In this document: piece after piece, positions 47,496-56,545 of the stretch
Numbering within the stretch: position 1 is the first letter of the stretch
Layout of the letters: each line of letters opens with the position of its first letter
From: Candidatus Iainarchaeum sp.
GTDB lineage: Archaea; Iainarchaeota; Iainarchaeia; Iainarchaeales; JAZDDZ01
DNA: 64,000 nucleotides
Direction: 5' to 3'
Assembly: GCA_043809245.1 (NCBI GenBank)
Contig: JAZDDZ010000054.1
Span: forward strand, 32,001 to 96,000
Program-made: the position numbers and the translations under genes
The notes under the pieces: model-generated
Seen by the model: the letters and a program-made list of their open reading frames with translations, nothing else
Told to the model about the DNA's origin: nothing
The model's database searches: none

Positions 47496-47741
47496 ATGGC
47501 TAGGTGTTCTTTCTGCGGAAACGAAATGGTCAAGGGCACGGGCCTATTGTACGTGCTTAAAGAGGGAAACTTTTACTGGTTTTGCTCAACAAAGTGCAGG
47601 AAAAACCAGTTGAAGTTAAGGAGAAACCCGCGCAAGGTTAAGTGGACTTCAATGCATTTGCAGCAGAAAAACGCGTTGAAGGGCTCAAAGGAAAAGGAAG
47701 GCAAAAAAGAGAAAAGAAAAAAGAAAAAGAAGAGGAGGTAA
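47496..47741 (+). CDS. rpl24e: 50S ribosomal protein L24e
   Basis: CSFCG....GTG..YV...G....FCS.KC.KN....R.PRK.KWT. Confidence 0.96.
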   Translation: MARCSFCGNEMVKGTGLLYVLKEGNFYWFCSTKCRKNQLKLRRNPRKVKWTSMHLQQKNALKGSKEKEGKKEKRKKKKKRR

Positions 47742-47746
47742 GCTGA

Positions 47747-48220
47747 ATGCAGCGCACTCTTGTAATAGTCAAGCCAGACGGAGTCAACCGTGGCCTGATA
47801 GGCGACATAACAGGCATTTTTGAAAGAAAGGGCCTCAAAATAGTCGCAATGAAAATGGAGAAACTGAAACAGTCACAGCTTGAAAAGCATTACTCGCAGC
47901 ATTCAAGCAAGCCGTTCTTCAAGCAGTTGGTCGGATTCATGTCCTCGATTCCCTCAGTGTTATTGGTGCTGGAGGGAAAGGAAGCGGTAAAGGTTGTGAG
48001 GAAAATGGTCGGCGCAACAAACGGAAGGGAAGCAGAGCCGAACACAATCAGGGGGCTTTACTCCATGAGCACGCAGTCAAACCTGATTCACGCATCCGAA
48101 TCAAAGGAAATGGCTGACAAGGAAATCACGTTATTCTTTTCGGACAAAGAGCTGCACGAATACCAGAAAATGGATTGCTTCTGGATTTACTCTCCGGAAG
48201 AGCTCAACGAAAAAAAATGA
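47747..48220 (+). CDS. ndk: Nucleoside diphosphate kinase
   Basis: RTLVIVKPDGV.R.LIG, HY..H..KPFF, G.T....A...TIRG, N.IHAS.S. Confidence 0.96.
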   Translation: MQRTLVIVKPDGVNRGLIGDITGIFERKGLKIVAMKMEKLKQSQLEKHYSQHSSKPFFKQLVGFMSSIPSVLLVLEGKEAVKVVRKMVGATNGREAEPNTIRGLYSMSTQSNLIHASESKEMADKEITLFFSDKELHEYQKMDCFWIYSPEELNEKK

Positions 48221-48224
48221 GGTA

Positions 48225-48304
48225 AAGATTTAGGAAAAATGCATAGAGGAGAGGGGTCAGGATTAACATAAAACTGGGGGAGAACATTAGGTTCTCCCGC
48301 GGTT
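48225..48304 (+). repeat. Dispersed 80-bp hairpin element, copy C (ndk-dut)
   Basis: AAGATTTAGGAAAAATGCATAGAGGAGAGGGGTCAGGATTAACATAAAACTGGGGGAGAACATTAGGTTCTCCCGCGGTT. Confidence 0.85.
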
Positions 48305-48331
48305 TTGAAAAAGTGAAAGGTGAAAAAAGTA

Positions 48332-48763
48332 ATGAAGGTTTTGGTGAAAAAACTCGGCGCGGAAGTCAAAGACCTGAAATTTGCGCATGAGGGAGACGCG
48401 GGCGTTGACCTTTACGCAAACGAAACCGTGGAATTGAAGCCAATGGAGAAAATGCTTGTTTGCACGGGAATAAAAATCGCTTTGCCAAAGGGATTTGAGG
48501 CGCAGGTACGGCCGAAAAGCGGCCTGGCAGCGGAACACGGAATAACTGTTCTCAATACTCCCGGAACAATTGATGCTGGTTACAGGGGGGAAGTGAAAGT
48601 GATTCTCATAAACCTCGGGGGCAAGGCATACACTGTTGAGAAAGGGAAGAAAATCGCTCAAATGGTTTTCAACAAAATCGAGGAACCGGAAATAGTTGAA
48701 GTGGAAGAGCTTGATGAAACCAGCAGGGGAGAAGGCGGTTTTGGGTCCACGGGACTGCATTAG
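48332..48763 (+). CDS. dut: Trimeric dUTPase
   Basis: [35 protein letters not shown]. Confidence 0.97.
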   Translation: MKVLVKKLGAEVKDLKFAHEGDAGVDLYANETVELKPMEKMLVCTGIKIALPKGFEAQVRPKSGLAAEHGITVLNTPGTIDAGYRGEVKVILINLGGKAYTVEKGKKIAQMVFNKIEEPEIVEVEELDETSRGEGGFGSTGLH

Positions 48764-48779
48764 GCAAGAGATGGTTTTT

Positions 48780-50534
48780 ATGACTCTGAGAACTCCGATA
48801 ATTACCGTGATGGGGCATGTGGATAGCGGAAAAACGAAATTTTTGGACAGTATACGCGGCACAAGCATTGCGGAAAAAGAGGCAGGGGGAATAACGCAGC
48901 ACATTGGCGCGACAGAGGTGCCGTTGCATGTGATAACCAAAAGCGCGGGAACGCTGATGGAAAAATACAAGTTCAATGTTTCGCTTCCAGGGCTTTTGTT
49001 CATTGATACGCCGGGGCATGCGGCTTTCACGAATTTGAGAAAGCGCGGCGGAAGCATTGCGGATTTGGCGGTTGTTGTTATTGACATTAACAAGGGGTTT
49101 GAAGAGCAAACCATTGAAGCGCTTGAGATTCTGAAAAGCTATAAGACGCCGTTCATTGTCGCTGCAAACAAGGTTGACATGATTCACGGATGGCACGTGA
49201 CAAAGGGAAGCATTACCGAGGGCCTTGCGGTTCAGGCTGAAAAAATATTGCAGGAGCTTGACGAAAAAATTTACGTGCTTGTCGGAAAACTGCACGAAAA
49301 AGGGTTTCAAAGCGAAAGGTTTGACCGAGTAAAGGATTTCACAAAGGAAATTCCGATTGTGCCGATAAGCGCAAAGCAGGTTGAGGGAATTCCTGAAATC
49401 TTAATGTTTTTGGCTGGCTTAAGCCAGAGGTTCATGGAGAAAAAGCTGGCTGTGCACGTGAAGGGCCCTGGAAAGGGAAGCATTCTAGAGGTAAAGGAAG
49501 AAAAAGGTTTGGGAAAAACGATTGACGTTATTTTGTATGATGGAACTATTCGCGTGGGCGATGAAATTGTTTTGGCGGGAATGAATGGTGTGATTAAGAC
49601 AAAGATCCGCGCATTGCTTGAGCCAAAGCCATTGACTGAGACAACTGCTTCTGGGGAAAAATTCAAGCCTGTTCAGGAAGTTCATGCGGCGGCTGGATTA
49701 AAGATTGCCGCGCCAGGGCTTGACGAGGCCTTGCCCGGCTCTCCGTTAAGGGTTGTTGTTTCAGGGGAAGAGGAAAAAGAGGTAATTGACGAAGTCCAGA
49801 GGATAAAAATTCATTCCGATGCAGTCGGGGTTCTGGTGAAAACAGATGCCTTGGGTTCACTGGAGGCAATTGAAAAGCTGTTGACGGGAAAAGGCATCAA
49901 GCTAAGGAAAGCCGACATTGGCGAGGTTTCAAGGAGAGACGTGATGGAGGCTGAAACCGTAAAGGAAAAAGATCCCTTGAATGGAGTGATTTTTGCATTC
50001 AATGCAAAGGTGAACGAGGCCGCAAAAAGCGAGGCTGAAAAAAGGGGGGTAAAAATTTTTGAGGAAAGGGTCATTTACAGGCTTATAGAAAATTACGAGG
50101 AATGGTGCGGAAAGGAAAAAGAGGAAATCAAGAGAAAGGCATTCGAGCACTTGACCACGCCGAGCAAAATTCTTTTAATGACAGGGCATGTTTTCCGCAA
50201 CAGCAAGCCCGCAATATCAGGGGTCAAGGTCCAGCTTGGAAGGATTAGGAAGGGAATGGATTTGATGAGGGAAGGTGAAGTTGTCGGAAGCATTGAATCA
50301 ATCCAGTCAGAGAACAAGTCACTGGATGAGGCAAAACAGGGGGAAGAGGTCGCGGTCTCCATCAGCGGCGCGGTTTTCGGCAGGAACATATTTGAAGGGG
50401 AAGAGCTTTACTCGTTCATTACGCCAAACCAATTGAAGGAACTGGAAAGGCTCAGGGATTCTTTGAGCCCGGGGGAACAGAAATTGCTTGAGGAAATAAA
50501 GGAAATGGAGCTCAATGCAAAGGCAAGGGCGTGA
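48780..50534 (+). CDS. infB: Translation initiation factor aIF5B (IF-2)
   Basis: GHVDSGKT, EAGGITQHIGA, DTPGH..F..LR.RGG, NKVD, D.LGSLEA. Confidence 0.97.
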   Translation: MTLRTPIITVMGHVDSGKTKFLDSIRGTSIAEKEAGGITQHIGATEVPLHVITKSAGTLMEKYKFNVSLPGLLFIDTPGHAAFTNLRKRGGSIADLAVVVIDINKGFEEQTIEALEILKSYKTPFIVAANKVDMIHGWHVTKGSITEGLAVQAEKILQELDEKIYVLVGKLHEKGFQSERFDRVKDFTKEIPIVPISAKQVEGIPEILMFLAGLSQRFMEKKLAVHVKGPGKGSILEVKEEKGLGKTIDVILYDGTIRVGDEIVLAGMNGVIKTKIRALLEPKPLTETTASGEKFKPVQEVHAAAGLKIAAPGLDEALPGSPLRVVVSGEEEKEVIDEVQRIKIHSDAVGVLVKTDALGSLEAIEKLLTGKGIKLRKADIGEVSRRDVMEAETVKEKDPLNGVIFAFNAKVNEAAKSEAEKRGVKIFEERVIYRLIENYEEWCGKEKEEIKRKAFEHLTTPSKILLMTGHVFRNSKPAISGVKVQLGRIRKGMDLMREGEVVGSIESIQSENKSLDEAKQGEEVAVSISGAVFGRNIFEGEELYSFITPNQLKELERLRDSLSPGEQKLLEEIKEMELNAKARA

Positions 50535-50589
50535 GTGTTATGGTAAAAAATTTCATTGAAAAAAAATGTTTTTGTTGGAGGGATTGAAA

Positions 50590-51060
50590 GTGAAACTGGT
50601 TATTTCTGACCCGAAAAGCGGGAAGGCTTTCTCGAAAAACGTGGAGGACTCAGCGATTTTCATCGGGAAAAAAATAGGCGAAGAGATTTCATTGGACAGC
50701 ATTGGCCTGGGAGGATACACCGCCAAAATATCGGGTGGTTCGGACAAGGATGGCTTTCCGATGAGAATGGATTTAAGCGGCGCCGCAAGGAGGAAGATTT
50801 TCATTGTGTCAGACAAAAGAAGCGGCACAAAAATCAGGATTTCAAAAAGAGGAAACACGGCGGGAAAGGAAACAAGCCAGCTGAACCTTGTGGTATCAAA
50901 GCACGGCTCAACGCCTTTCCAGGAATTAATGCCGAAAGAAAAAGTTGAGGTTAAACAGGAATCAGTCAAGGAACAGATGATAAAGGAAAGCCACGAGGCG
51001 GCTGCGAAAATGAGCGCTGAAGAGGCAAGAAAATTCATAAAGGGAAAGGCAAAGGCGTAA
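50590..51060 (+). CDS. rps6e: 30S ribosomal protein S6e
   Basis: VISDPK.G, IG.KIG, I.GGSD.DGFPM, RGN......QLN. Confidence 0.93.
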   Translation: MKLVISDPKSGKAFSKNVEDSAIFIGKKIGEEISLDSIGLGGYTAKISGGSDKDGFPMRMDLSGAARRKIFIVSDKRSGTKIRISKRGNTAGKETSQLNLVVSKHGSTPFQELMPKEKVEVKQESVKEQMIKESHEAAAKMSAEEARKFIKGKAKA

Positions 51061-51085
51061 AAAAATGAGAAAGAGGAATTGATGC

Positions 51086-52294
51086 ATGGCTGGAAAAAGT
51101 GAAGCTACTCAGTCTGAGATAAACATTGGCCTCACAGGGCATGTTGACCACGGCAAAACCTCAATTGCTCAAACCCTTACAGGCAAATGGACTGACACGC
51201 ACTCTGAGGAAATAAAGAAAGGCATTTCAATAAGGCTTGGGTATGCGGATGCGTCGTTCTACAAGTGCGATGAATGCAAGGGAGCGGAGGCTTACACGAA
51301 TTCAGAGAAATGCCCTTCCTGTGGAAAAAAGGCAAAGCTCTTGAGAAAAGTCAGCTTTGTTGATGCACCAGGGCATGAAACGCTTATGGCGACAATGCTG
51401 AGCGGAGCCGCGCTTATGAACGGAGCAATTCTTGTCATTGCCGCAAACGAGCCCTGCCCGCAGCCGAGGACAGCGGAGCATTTGATGGCATTGAATATCG
51501 TTGGAGTGAAAAACATTGTTGTCGTGCAGAACAAAATAGACTTGGTTGACAAGGCGCAGGCATTGAAGAACCACGCGGAAATAAAGGGCTTCCTCAAGGA
51601 ATACGGCTTTGAGAACGCCGTGATAATTCCTGTTGCAGCGAACTTCGGCGTGAACAGGGATTTGTTGATTGCTGCGATTGAGAAAAGCATTCCCTCGCCA
51701 AAGCACTCTGTTGAAAAGGGCCTGAAAATGTACATTGTCAGGAGCTTTGACGTCAACAAGCCGGGAATAAAGCCCGAGGAACTGAAAGGCGGGGTTGTTG
51801 GCGGAAGCATTGTGCACGGAGAGATAAAAAAAGGGCAGGAAATAGAGCTTTCCCCCGGCATTGATGGAAAAAAAATAGGCACAACCATTACCGAGATAAG
51901 CGTCTCTGCTGGAAAGCTGGAGAACGCGCATCAAGGCGGCCTGATTGGCGTGCAGACAAAGCTCGACCCCTTTCTGACGAAAAGCGACCAGATGAGGGGG
52001 CAGATAGTCGGAGAGCCGGGAAAATTGCCTGAGCCGACGAAAAGCCTGAAAATGGAGATATCGCCGCTGAAAAGGCTTATCGGCGTGACACCATCCGAAA
52101 TAAAGGTTAATGACGTGGTTGTCCTTGCATTGGGCACAATGACCGCGGTTGGAACTATTGTGAGGAAGCTTGCGGGAAAAGAATTCGAGGTATTGCTGAA
52201 AAATTTTGTTGTTGCGGAAAAAGGGCAGAATGTCGCGTTAAGCATTCGCGACGGCTCGCGCTGGAGGCTGGCGGCTTATGGAGTCGTCAGGTGA
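51086..52294 (+). CDS. eif2g: Translation initiation factor aIF2 gamma subunit
   Basis: NIG..GHVDHGKT, TD.HSEE.K.GISIRLGYAD, DAPGHE.LMATMLSG, QNKID. Confidence 0.97.
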   Translation: MAGKSEATQSEINIGLTGHVDHGKTSIAQTLTGKWTDTHSEEIKKGISIRLGYADASFYKCDECKGAEAYTNSEKCPSCGKKAKLLRKVSFVDAPGHETLMATMLSGAALMNGAILVIAANEPCPQPRTAEHLMALNIVGVKNIVVVQNKIDLVDKAQALKNHAEIKGFLKEYGFENAVIIPVAANFGVNRDLLIAAIEKSIPSPKHSVEKGLKMYIVRSFDVNKPGIKPEELKGGVVGGSIVHGEIKKGQEIELSPGIDGKKIGTTITEISVSAGKLENAHQGGLIGVQTKLDPFLTKSDQMRGQIVGEPGKLPEPTKSLKMEISPLKRLIGVTPSEIKVNDVVVLALGTMTAVGTIVRKLAGKEFEVLLKNFVVAEKGQNVALSIRDGSRWRLAAYGVVR

Positions 52295-52679
52295 AAAAAA
52301 GGCCAGGGGCGTGGCGCTTGACGCGAACATGCTTTTGGCGGTAGAGCAGTTCAGGGTTGATTTGAAAGAGGGGTTGAAGAATATTTTCGGCGGAAAAATA
52401 GAGGTTGTTGTTCCAACGCAAGTCATGGAAGAACTTGAAAGGCTGGGTGGAAAGGAAAAAAAGCTGCAGAGGGCTGCAAGTGTTGCGGAAAAGGTTTTGA
52501 AGCAATTGAATGCAGTGGAAAAAAAAGTGGATGCGCGGAATGCGGATGAAGCGCTTCTTTTGCTTTCGGAAAAAGGTTACATTGTTGCGACAAATGACTG
52601 GGAATTGAAGAAAAAAATCATGAAGAAAGGCGGCAAAGTGCTGCATTTGAGGCAGAAAAAGCGCTTGGAGTTCGCGTAA
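52278..52679 (+). CDS. PIN-domain nuclease (Fcf1/Utp24-like)
   Basis: LDAN.L, VP..V.EEL, AD..L, VATND..L; conserved slot after aIF2g. Confidence 0.88.
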   Translation: MESSGEKKARGVALDANMLLAVEQFRVDLKEGLKNIFGGKIEVVVPTQVMEELERLGGKEKKLQRAASVAEKVLKQLNAVEKKVDARNADEALLLLSEKGYIVATNDWELKKKIMKKGGKVLHLRQKKRLEFA

Positions 52680-52761
52680 CGAAATGCTGTTAAATTGATG
52701 CGGAATGTTGCGTTTTTTAAGTTATTGGTGAAAAAAATCTGAAAAGGAGTTGAAATAAAAC

Positions 52762-53379
52762 ATGTACGCGGTTTGCAGTGTAAGGGACACGGTAAGGGTT
52801 CCGCCAAGCGATTTGGGCGGAAGCCTCAGGAAAGCCATGCTTAAGCTGACGAGGCAGACTTACGAGGGATTAATGGATGAGGACATAGGGGTTGTTGTAA
52901 CGGTTTTAGAGGTTGAAAACATCGGCGAGGGAAGGGTTATTCCCGGAGACGGCGCGGTTTATGTTCCCGCTGACATAAAAATGCTTGTATACAAGCCGGA
53001 AATGCATGAAGTCGTTGAAGGGTTTGTGACCGAGATAACGGAGTTTGGCGCTTTCCTGAGGACAGGGCCTGTTGAAGGCTTGATTCACGTGAGCCAGGTC
53101 ATGGATGACTACATCAATTACGATGCGAAAAACAAGGTTCTCACGGGAAAACAGCACAAGAAAAAGCTTGGGGTTGGAGACGACGTGTTTGCAAAGGTTG
53201 TGAGCATTTCATTTAAGGGAAACATTTCGAATTCAAAAATAGGCTTGACCATGAGGCAGGAAGGATTGGGAAAAGCGGATTGGAAAAAAATTGACGACAA
53301 GGCGGTAAAAATAAAGGAACGTGAAATAAAAAGCGAAAAAAAGCCGGAAAAAAAAGATAAAAGCGAGGGAAAGAAATGA
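52762..53379 (+). CDS. rpoE1: RNA polymerase subunit E' (Rpo7)
   Basis: D.VRVPP, G.G...PGDG, FGAF...GP..GL.H.SQ..D, IGLTMRQ.GLGK. Confidence 0.96.
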   Translation: MYAVCSVRDTVRVPPSDLGGSLRKAMLKLTRQTYEGLMDEDIGVVVTVLEVENIGEGRVIPGDGAVYVPADIKMLVYKPEMHEVVEGFVTEITEFGAFLRTGPVEGLIHVSQVMDDYINYDAKNKVLTGKQHKKKLGVGDDVFAKVVSISFKGNISNSKIGLTMRQEGLGKADWKKIDDKAVKIKEREIKSEKKPEKKDKSEGKK

Positions 53380-53570
53380 ATAAGGGAAAGGCTTGCAGGC
53401 AATGCAGGCGTGTAATAGAGGAAGGCGACAAGTGCCCGGTATGCGGGGGAAGCGCTTTCACAACCTTCTGGAGGGGCTATGTTGTAATCATTGACTCGGA
53501 AAAGTCCGAGATAGCGCAGAAAATGGGTATAACCACGCAGGGAAGGTTTGCGTTAAGGCTTAGCAGGTAA
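53376..53570 (+). CDS. spt4: Spt4 / RpoE'' elongation factor
   Basis: ACR.C......CP.CG......W.G...I.D...SEIA.K.GI...G..AL. Confidence 0.95.
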   Translation: MNKGKACRQCRRVIEEGDKCPVCGGSAFTTFWRGYVVIIDSEKSEIAQKMGITTQGRFALRLSR

Positions 53571-53591
53571 AAAGGAAAAGGAGAGGAGAGA

Positions 53592-53936
53592 TTGAAGCTG
53601 AACATATATTCAAGGGAAAAGAACCCTTTGCTTGAAAGGGAGGAAATAAGCTTTGGCGTTGAAAGCGCAAGCGTAACCCCTTCAAGGAAAGATGTCAGGG
53701 CGAAAATCGCGGCGCTTGTGAACGCGAAAGAGGAAACCGTTGTCATTGAACAGTTAAGGCAGCGCTTTGGCGAAAAAAAAACCGAGGGAACCGCAAGGGT
53801 TTACGCGTCTGTTGAAAAAATGAACAAAATAGAGCCCAAGCACCTTGTTGAAAGGAATTTCGGCGGCGGAAAAAAAGGGAAAAAGGAAGGCGAAGCAGAA
53901 GAAGCGCCAAAGGAAGATAAAAAAGCCGAAAAATGA
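53592..53936 (+). CDS. rps24e: 30S ribosomal protein S24e
   Basis: NPLL.R.E, TPSR..V...IAA, FG.....G.A.VY, EP.HL..RN. Confidence 0.94.
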   Translation: MKLNIYSREKNPLLEREEISFGVESASVTPSRKDVRAKIAALVNAKEETVVIEQLRQRFGEKKTEGTARVYASVEKMNKIEPKHLVERNFGGGKKGKKEGEAEEAPKEDKKAEK

Positions 53937-53946
53937 AAAACAGTTT

Positions 53947-54025
53947 AAGATGAAGGAAAAATATATGCAGGAGGGGAATCAGGAAATACCTAAAACTGAA
54001 GGGGAACCTGGGTTCCCCTGCGGTT
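53947..54025 (+). repeat. Dispersed 79-bp hairpin element, copy D (rps24e-rps27ae)
   Basis: AAGATGAAGGAAAAATATATGCAGGAGGGGAATCAGGAAATACCTAAAACTGAAGGGGAACCTGGGTTCCCCTGCGGTT. Confidence 0.85.
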
Positions 54026-54042
54026 TGGAAGGAGTGATTTGA

Positions 54043-54234
54043 ATGGCTGACAAGGGCGGAAAGGCAAAGGGAAAGAAAAAAAAATCAGATTACTACAAAA
54101 TCAGCGGGGAAAAAGCCGAGAGAAAAAACAAGGCCTGCCCTAAGTGCGGCGCAGGGGTTTTTCTCGCAGCGCACAAGGACAGGGTTGCATGCGGCAAATG
54201 CGGTTACACTGAATGGCATCAGGGCGCAAAATAA
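54043..54234 (+). CDS. rps27ae: 30S ribosomal protein S27ae (eS31)
   Basis: YY.......R....CPKCG.GVFLA.H.DR..CGKCGYT. Confidence 0.96.
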   Translation: MADKGGKAKGKKKKSDYYKISGEKAERKNKACPKCGAGVFLAAHKDRVACGKCGYTEWHQGAK

Positions 54235-54777
54235 ATGTCCTTGGAATTTTTTCTCCAGAACATAATTTTTGACGCCTCATTGGCTGCGGCGGCTGTCTTA
54301 TTCTACCTGTTCAACAAAAAAAAGCCAGTGAAAGAGCTTTTTCTTGAAAAGCCGAAAAGCATGAGGCGCGAGCTGAAGAACACGCTTGTGCTTACCGGCG
54401 CGCTCGTGCTGGCTTCAATTGCAATAGGGCTGCTTCTATACCCCTTTGGGCTGAATGATTCGGCTAAGGCAATTGAAAAAATAGCAGAGGTAAAGGAAAT
54501 GGGTTTGTTTTTCCTAATCTACCTGTTCACTGTAAGGGTTGCGGTGGAAGAGGTTTTTTTCCGCGGCCTGCTCACGAGAAAAACAGGCGTAATAATCTCC
54601 TCTATTATTTTTGGCTTGAGCCATTTCGCTTACGGCTCGGCAATTGAATTGATTGGGGCAACTGCTTTGGGAGCGATTCTGGCAATTGCATTCAATAAAA
54701 ACAGGTCAATTTATTCAAACATCCTTGCGCACTCGGCATATAATTTTATTACTCTGGCAATGGCTGGATTGATATGA
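54235..54777 (+). CDS. CPBP/Abi (CAAX protease-like) membrane protein
   Basis: EEVFFRG, FGLSH, H..YN motifs. Confidence 0.9.
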   Translation: MSLEFFLQNIIFDASLAAAAVLFYLFNKKKPVKELFLEKPKSMRRELKNTLVLTGALVLASIAIGLLLYPFGLNDSAKAIEKIAEVKEMGLFFLIYLFTVRVAVEEVFFRGLLTRKTGVIISSIIFGLSHFAYGSAIELIGATALGAILAIAFNKNRSIYSNILAHSAYNFITLAMAGLI

Positions 54778-55358
54778 ATGGAAAAATAAGCAAAGCCGTT
54801 GAATCGCTGCGGAAAGGCGGGGTAATAGTTTACCCCACTGAAACAAGCTATGGGCTTGGGGCAAGCATTGAATGCATTGGAGCAATAAGGCGCATTAAAA
54901 AAATCAAGGGAAGGGATGGAAGGAAGCCTATTTCAATAATTGTTTCCAGCGCAAAAATGGCGGAAAAATACTGTGTACTGGGAAATGATGCAAAAAAATT
55001 AATGCGTGAATTCATGCCAGGGCCTTTAACGCTTGTTGTGGATAAAAAGAAAACCGTGACAAAGGAATTAACGCGGGAAAAAACGATTGCATTCAGGGTT
55101 TCCTCAAACAGGACAGCGAATGCGATTGTGAAAGCGCTTGGAGTTCCGATAACTGCGACGAGCGCAAACAAAAGCGGGGACAAGCCGATTTATTTGGGAA
55201 AAAAAGCTGAAAAGGAATTTGCGGGAAAAGTTGATTTTGTGCTTAATGCGGGAAACCTGCGGAGACGAAAAGTTTCAACGGTTTTTTCAGTAATGGAAAA
55301 AAAAATTCTTAGAAAGGGAAAAATTAGCGAGAAGGAAATTCTGAGGGTGCTTAAGTAA
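54774..55358 (+). CDS. sua5: Threonylcarbamoyl-AMP synthase (Sua5/YrdC, short form)
   Basis: YPTET.YGLG, K.R...KP, PGPLT, P.TATSAN.SG, STV. Confidence 0.95.
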   Translation: MNGKISKAVESLRKGGVIVYPTETSYGLGASIECIGAIRRIKKIKGRDGRKPISIIVSSAKMAEKYCVLGNDAKKLMREFMPGPLTLVVDKKKTVTKELTREKTIAFRVSSNRTANAIVKALGVPITATSANKSGDKPIYLGKKAEKEFAGKVDFVLNAGNLRRRKVSTVFSVMEKKILRKGKISEKEILRVLK

Positions 55359-55538
55359 TTGTTTAGGATTTGAATCAGAAATTATAACCACTCCCAATAG
55401 AGAATTTTTTCTTAGGACTCTGATTTTTCGGCTTAAACCTTTGCACGCCTGATTTCTACTTTTAGTGCAAAGGATTTAATGCCTCCAAAATCAGCAGAGA
55501 CGTCCACGAAAAAATTCATTCTTTATGGAGGTGGTTCA

Positions 55539-55724
55539 ATGGTTAAAATTCAACTCCCATCAAGGGGGAAAAGAAGGTTGGCTGAACAACTGGTTAGAAT
55601 AGATCCAGAGAATTTAACCGATAAGGAACGTTGGATTCTGCAAGGGGCGATTTCTGATGCATTCCCGCATCGGAAACGCACTCCCGAAAGAGCTATAAAG
55701 AGAAAAAAGAGGAATTTATTATGA
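55539..55724 (+). CDS. Small basic hypothetical protein (61 aa)
   Basis: ATG after GGAGGTGG; stop overlaps the next ATG (ATGA). Confidence 0.55.
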   Translation: MVKIQLPSRGKRRLAEQLVRIDPENLTDKERWILQGAISDAFPHRKRTPERAIKRKKRNLL

Positions 55725-56545
55725 ACCCGATTATAACACTAAACGGACTGCTTAGAGCTTATTTGTACAACAAATGGAAAAGTCCAAAAATCGAATTGAT
55801 TATTTATAATGCAAAATTTGCTCAAGTGACTGAAAAATTAAATGAAACTTTTTGTGCTATAATTGAATTTGGGAATGACCCCATATTGATAAAAAAAGCT
55901 CCATTTGGAAATAGGTTTTATTCACAAGTAAAAAATCAAACTTCCGTTCTTTCTATTGCAAAGTTAATCAGTTTAGAAGAAAAAAATATAATAAGAGAAT
56001 TGGTAAAAGAAAATGGAGGCTATTACACAAAGAATGTAGAAGTGCAAATAAATCCTAGCGAATGGAACATGCAATTTCATGACTTTTTTACTGAAAGTCC
56101 TGAAGAACAACAATTGGTAAAAGAATTAGCGGAAAACTTCAAAATGCAGAATATTACTGCAAATTCAAAAAAAGCCAAAAAATATGGCAACGGGGACATT
56201 CTTTTAACCTATCAGCAAAAGGAAGTTCCCATTGAGATTACAATACACCCTCCAAGTTATAGACAAAAAGAAATCAAAAAAGGGATTAATGCTCCACACG
56301 GCCAAAAATGGGGAAAAGTGACCTCCAGAATTCTTCCAATGTTTATTTTTTCTGTAAACAATAAAAGCCCTTCCTTCATAATAATACATAACGATTGGAA
56401 AAAATATTCTCACACACAAAAACTTAAAGAACAGATTAAAAAATCAAAATGTTTTTTAATTTATACAAATTTCCAAAAAGATTGGGAAAAATGTGTAAGA
56501 GCAGAAATTGAAAGATTCTTAGGTGATGAACTTTGTTATGTCTAG
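55721..56545 (+). CDS. AT-rich hypothetical protein, possible PD-(D/E)xK nuclease fold
   Basis: Visibly much more AT-rich than flanks; GNGDILL....EVPIEIT resembles D-x(n)-E-x-K with K replaced by T. Confidence 0.5.
   Translation: MNPIITLNGLLRAYLYNKWKSPKIELIIYNAKFAQVTEKLNETFCAIIEFGNDPILIKKAPFGNRFYSQVKNQTSVLSIAKLISLEEKNIIRELVKENGGYYTKNVEVQINPSEWNMQFHDFFTESPEEQQLVKELAENFKMQNITANSKKAKKYGNGDILLTYQQKEVPIEITIHPPSYRQKEIKKGINAPHGQKWGKVTSRILPMFIFSVNNKSPSFIIIHNDWKKYSHTQKLKEQIKKSKCFLIYTNFQKDWEKCVRAEIERFLGDELCYV

Noticed and set aside
17076-54025. Hairpin repeats as CRISPR repeats
   Set aside because: Copies are dispersed kilobases apart, ~80 bp long and divergent, with no spacer array.
53845-54042. Hairpin element as a small peptide gene (MKEKYMQEG...)
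   Set aside because: The start is not conserved: the same frame has TAG in copy A and TAA in copy B, and copy C is one nt longer. Conservation follows base pairing, not codons.
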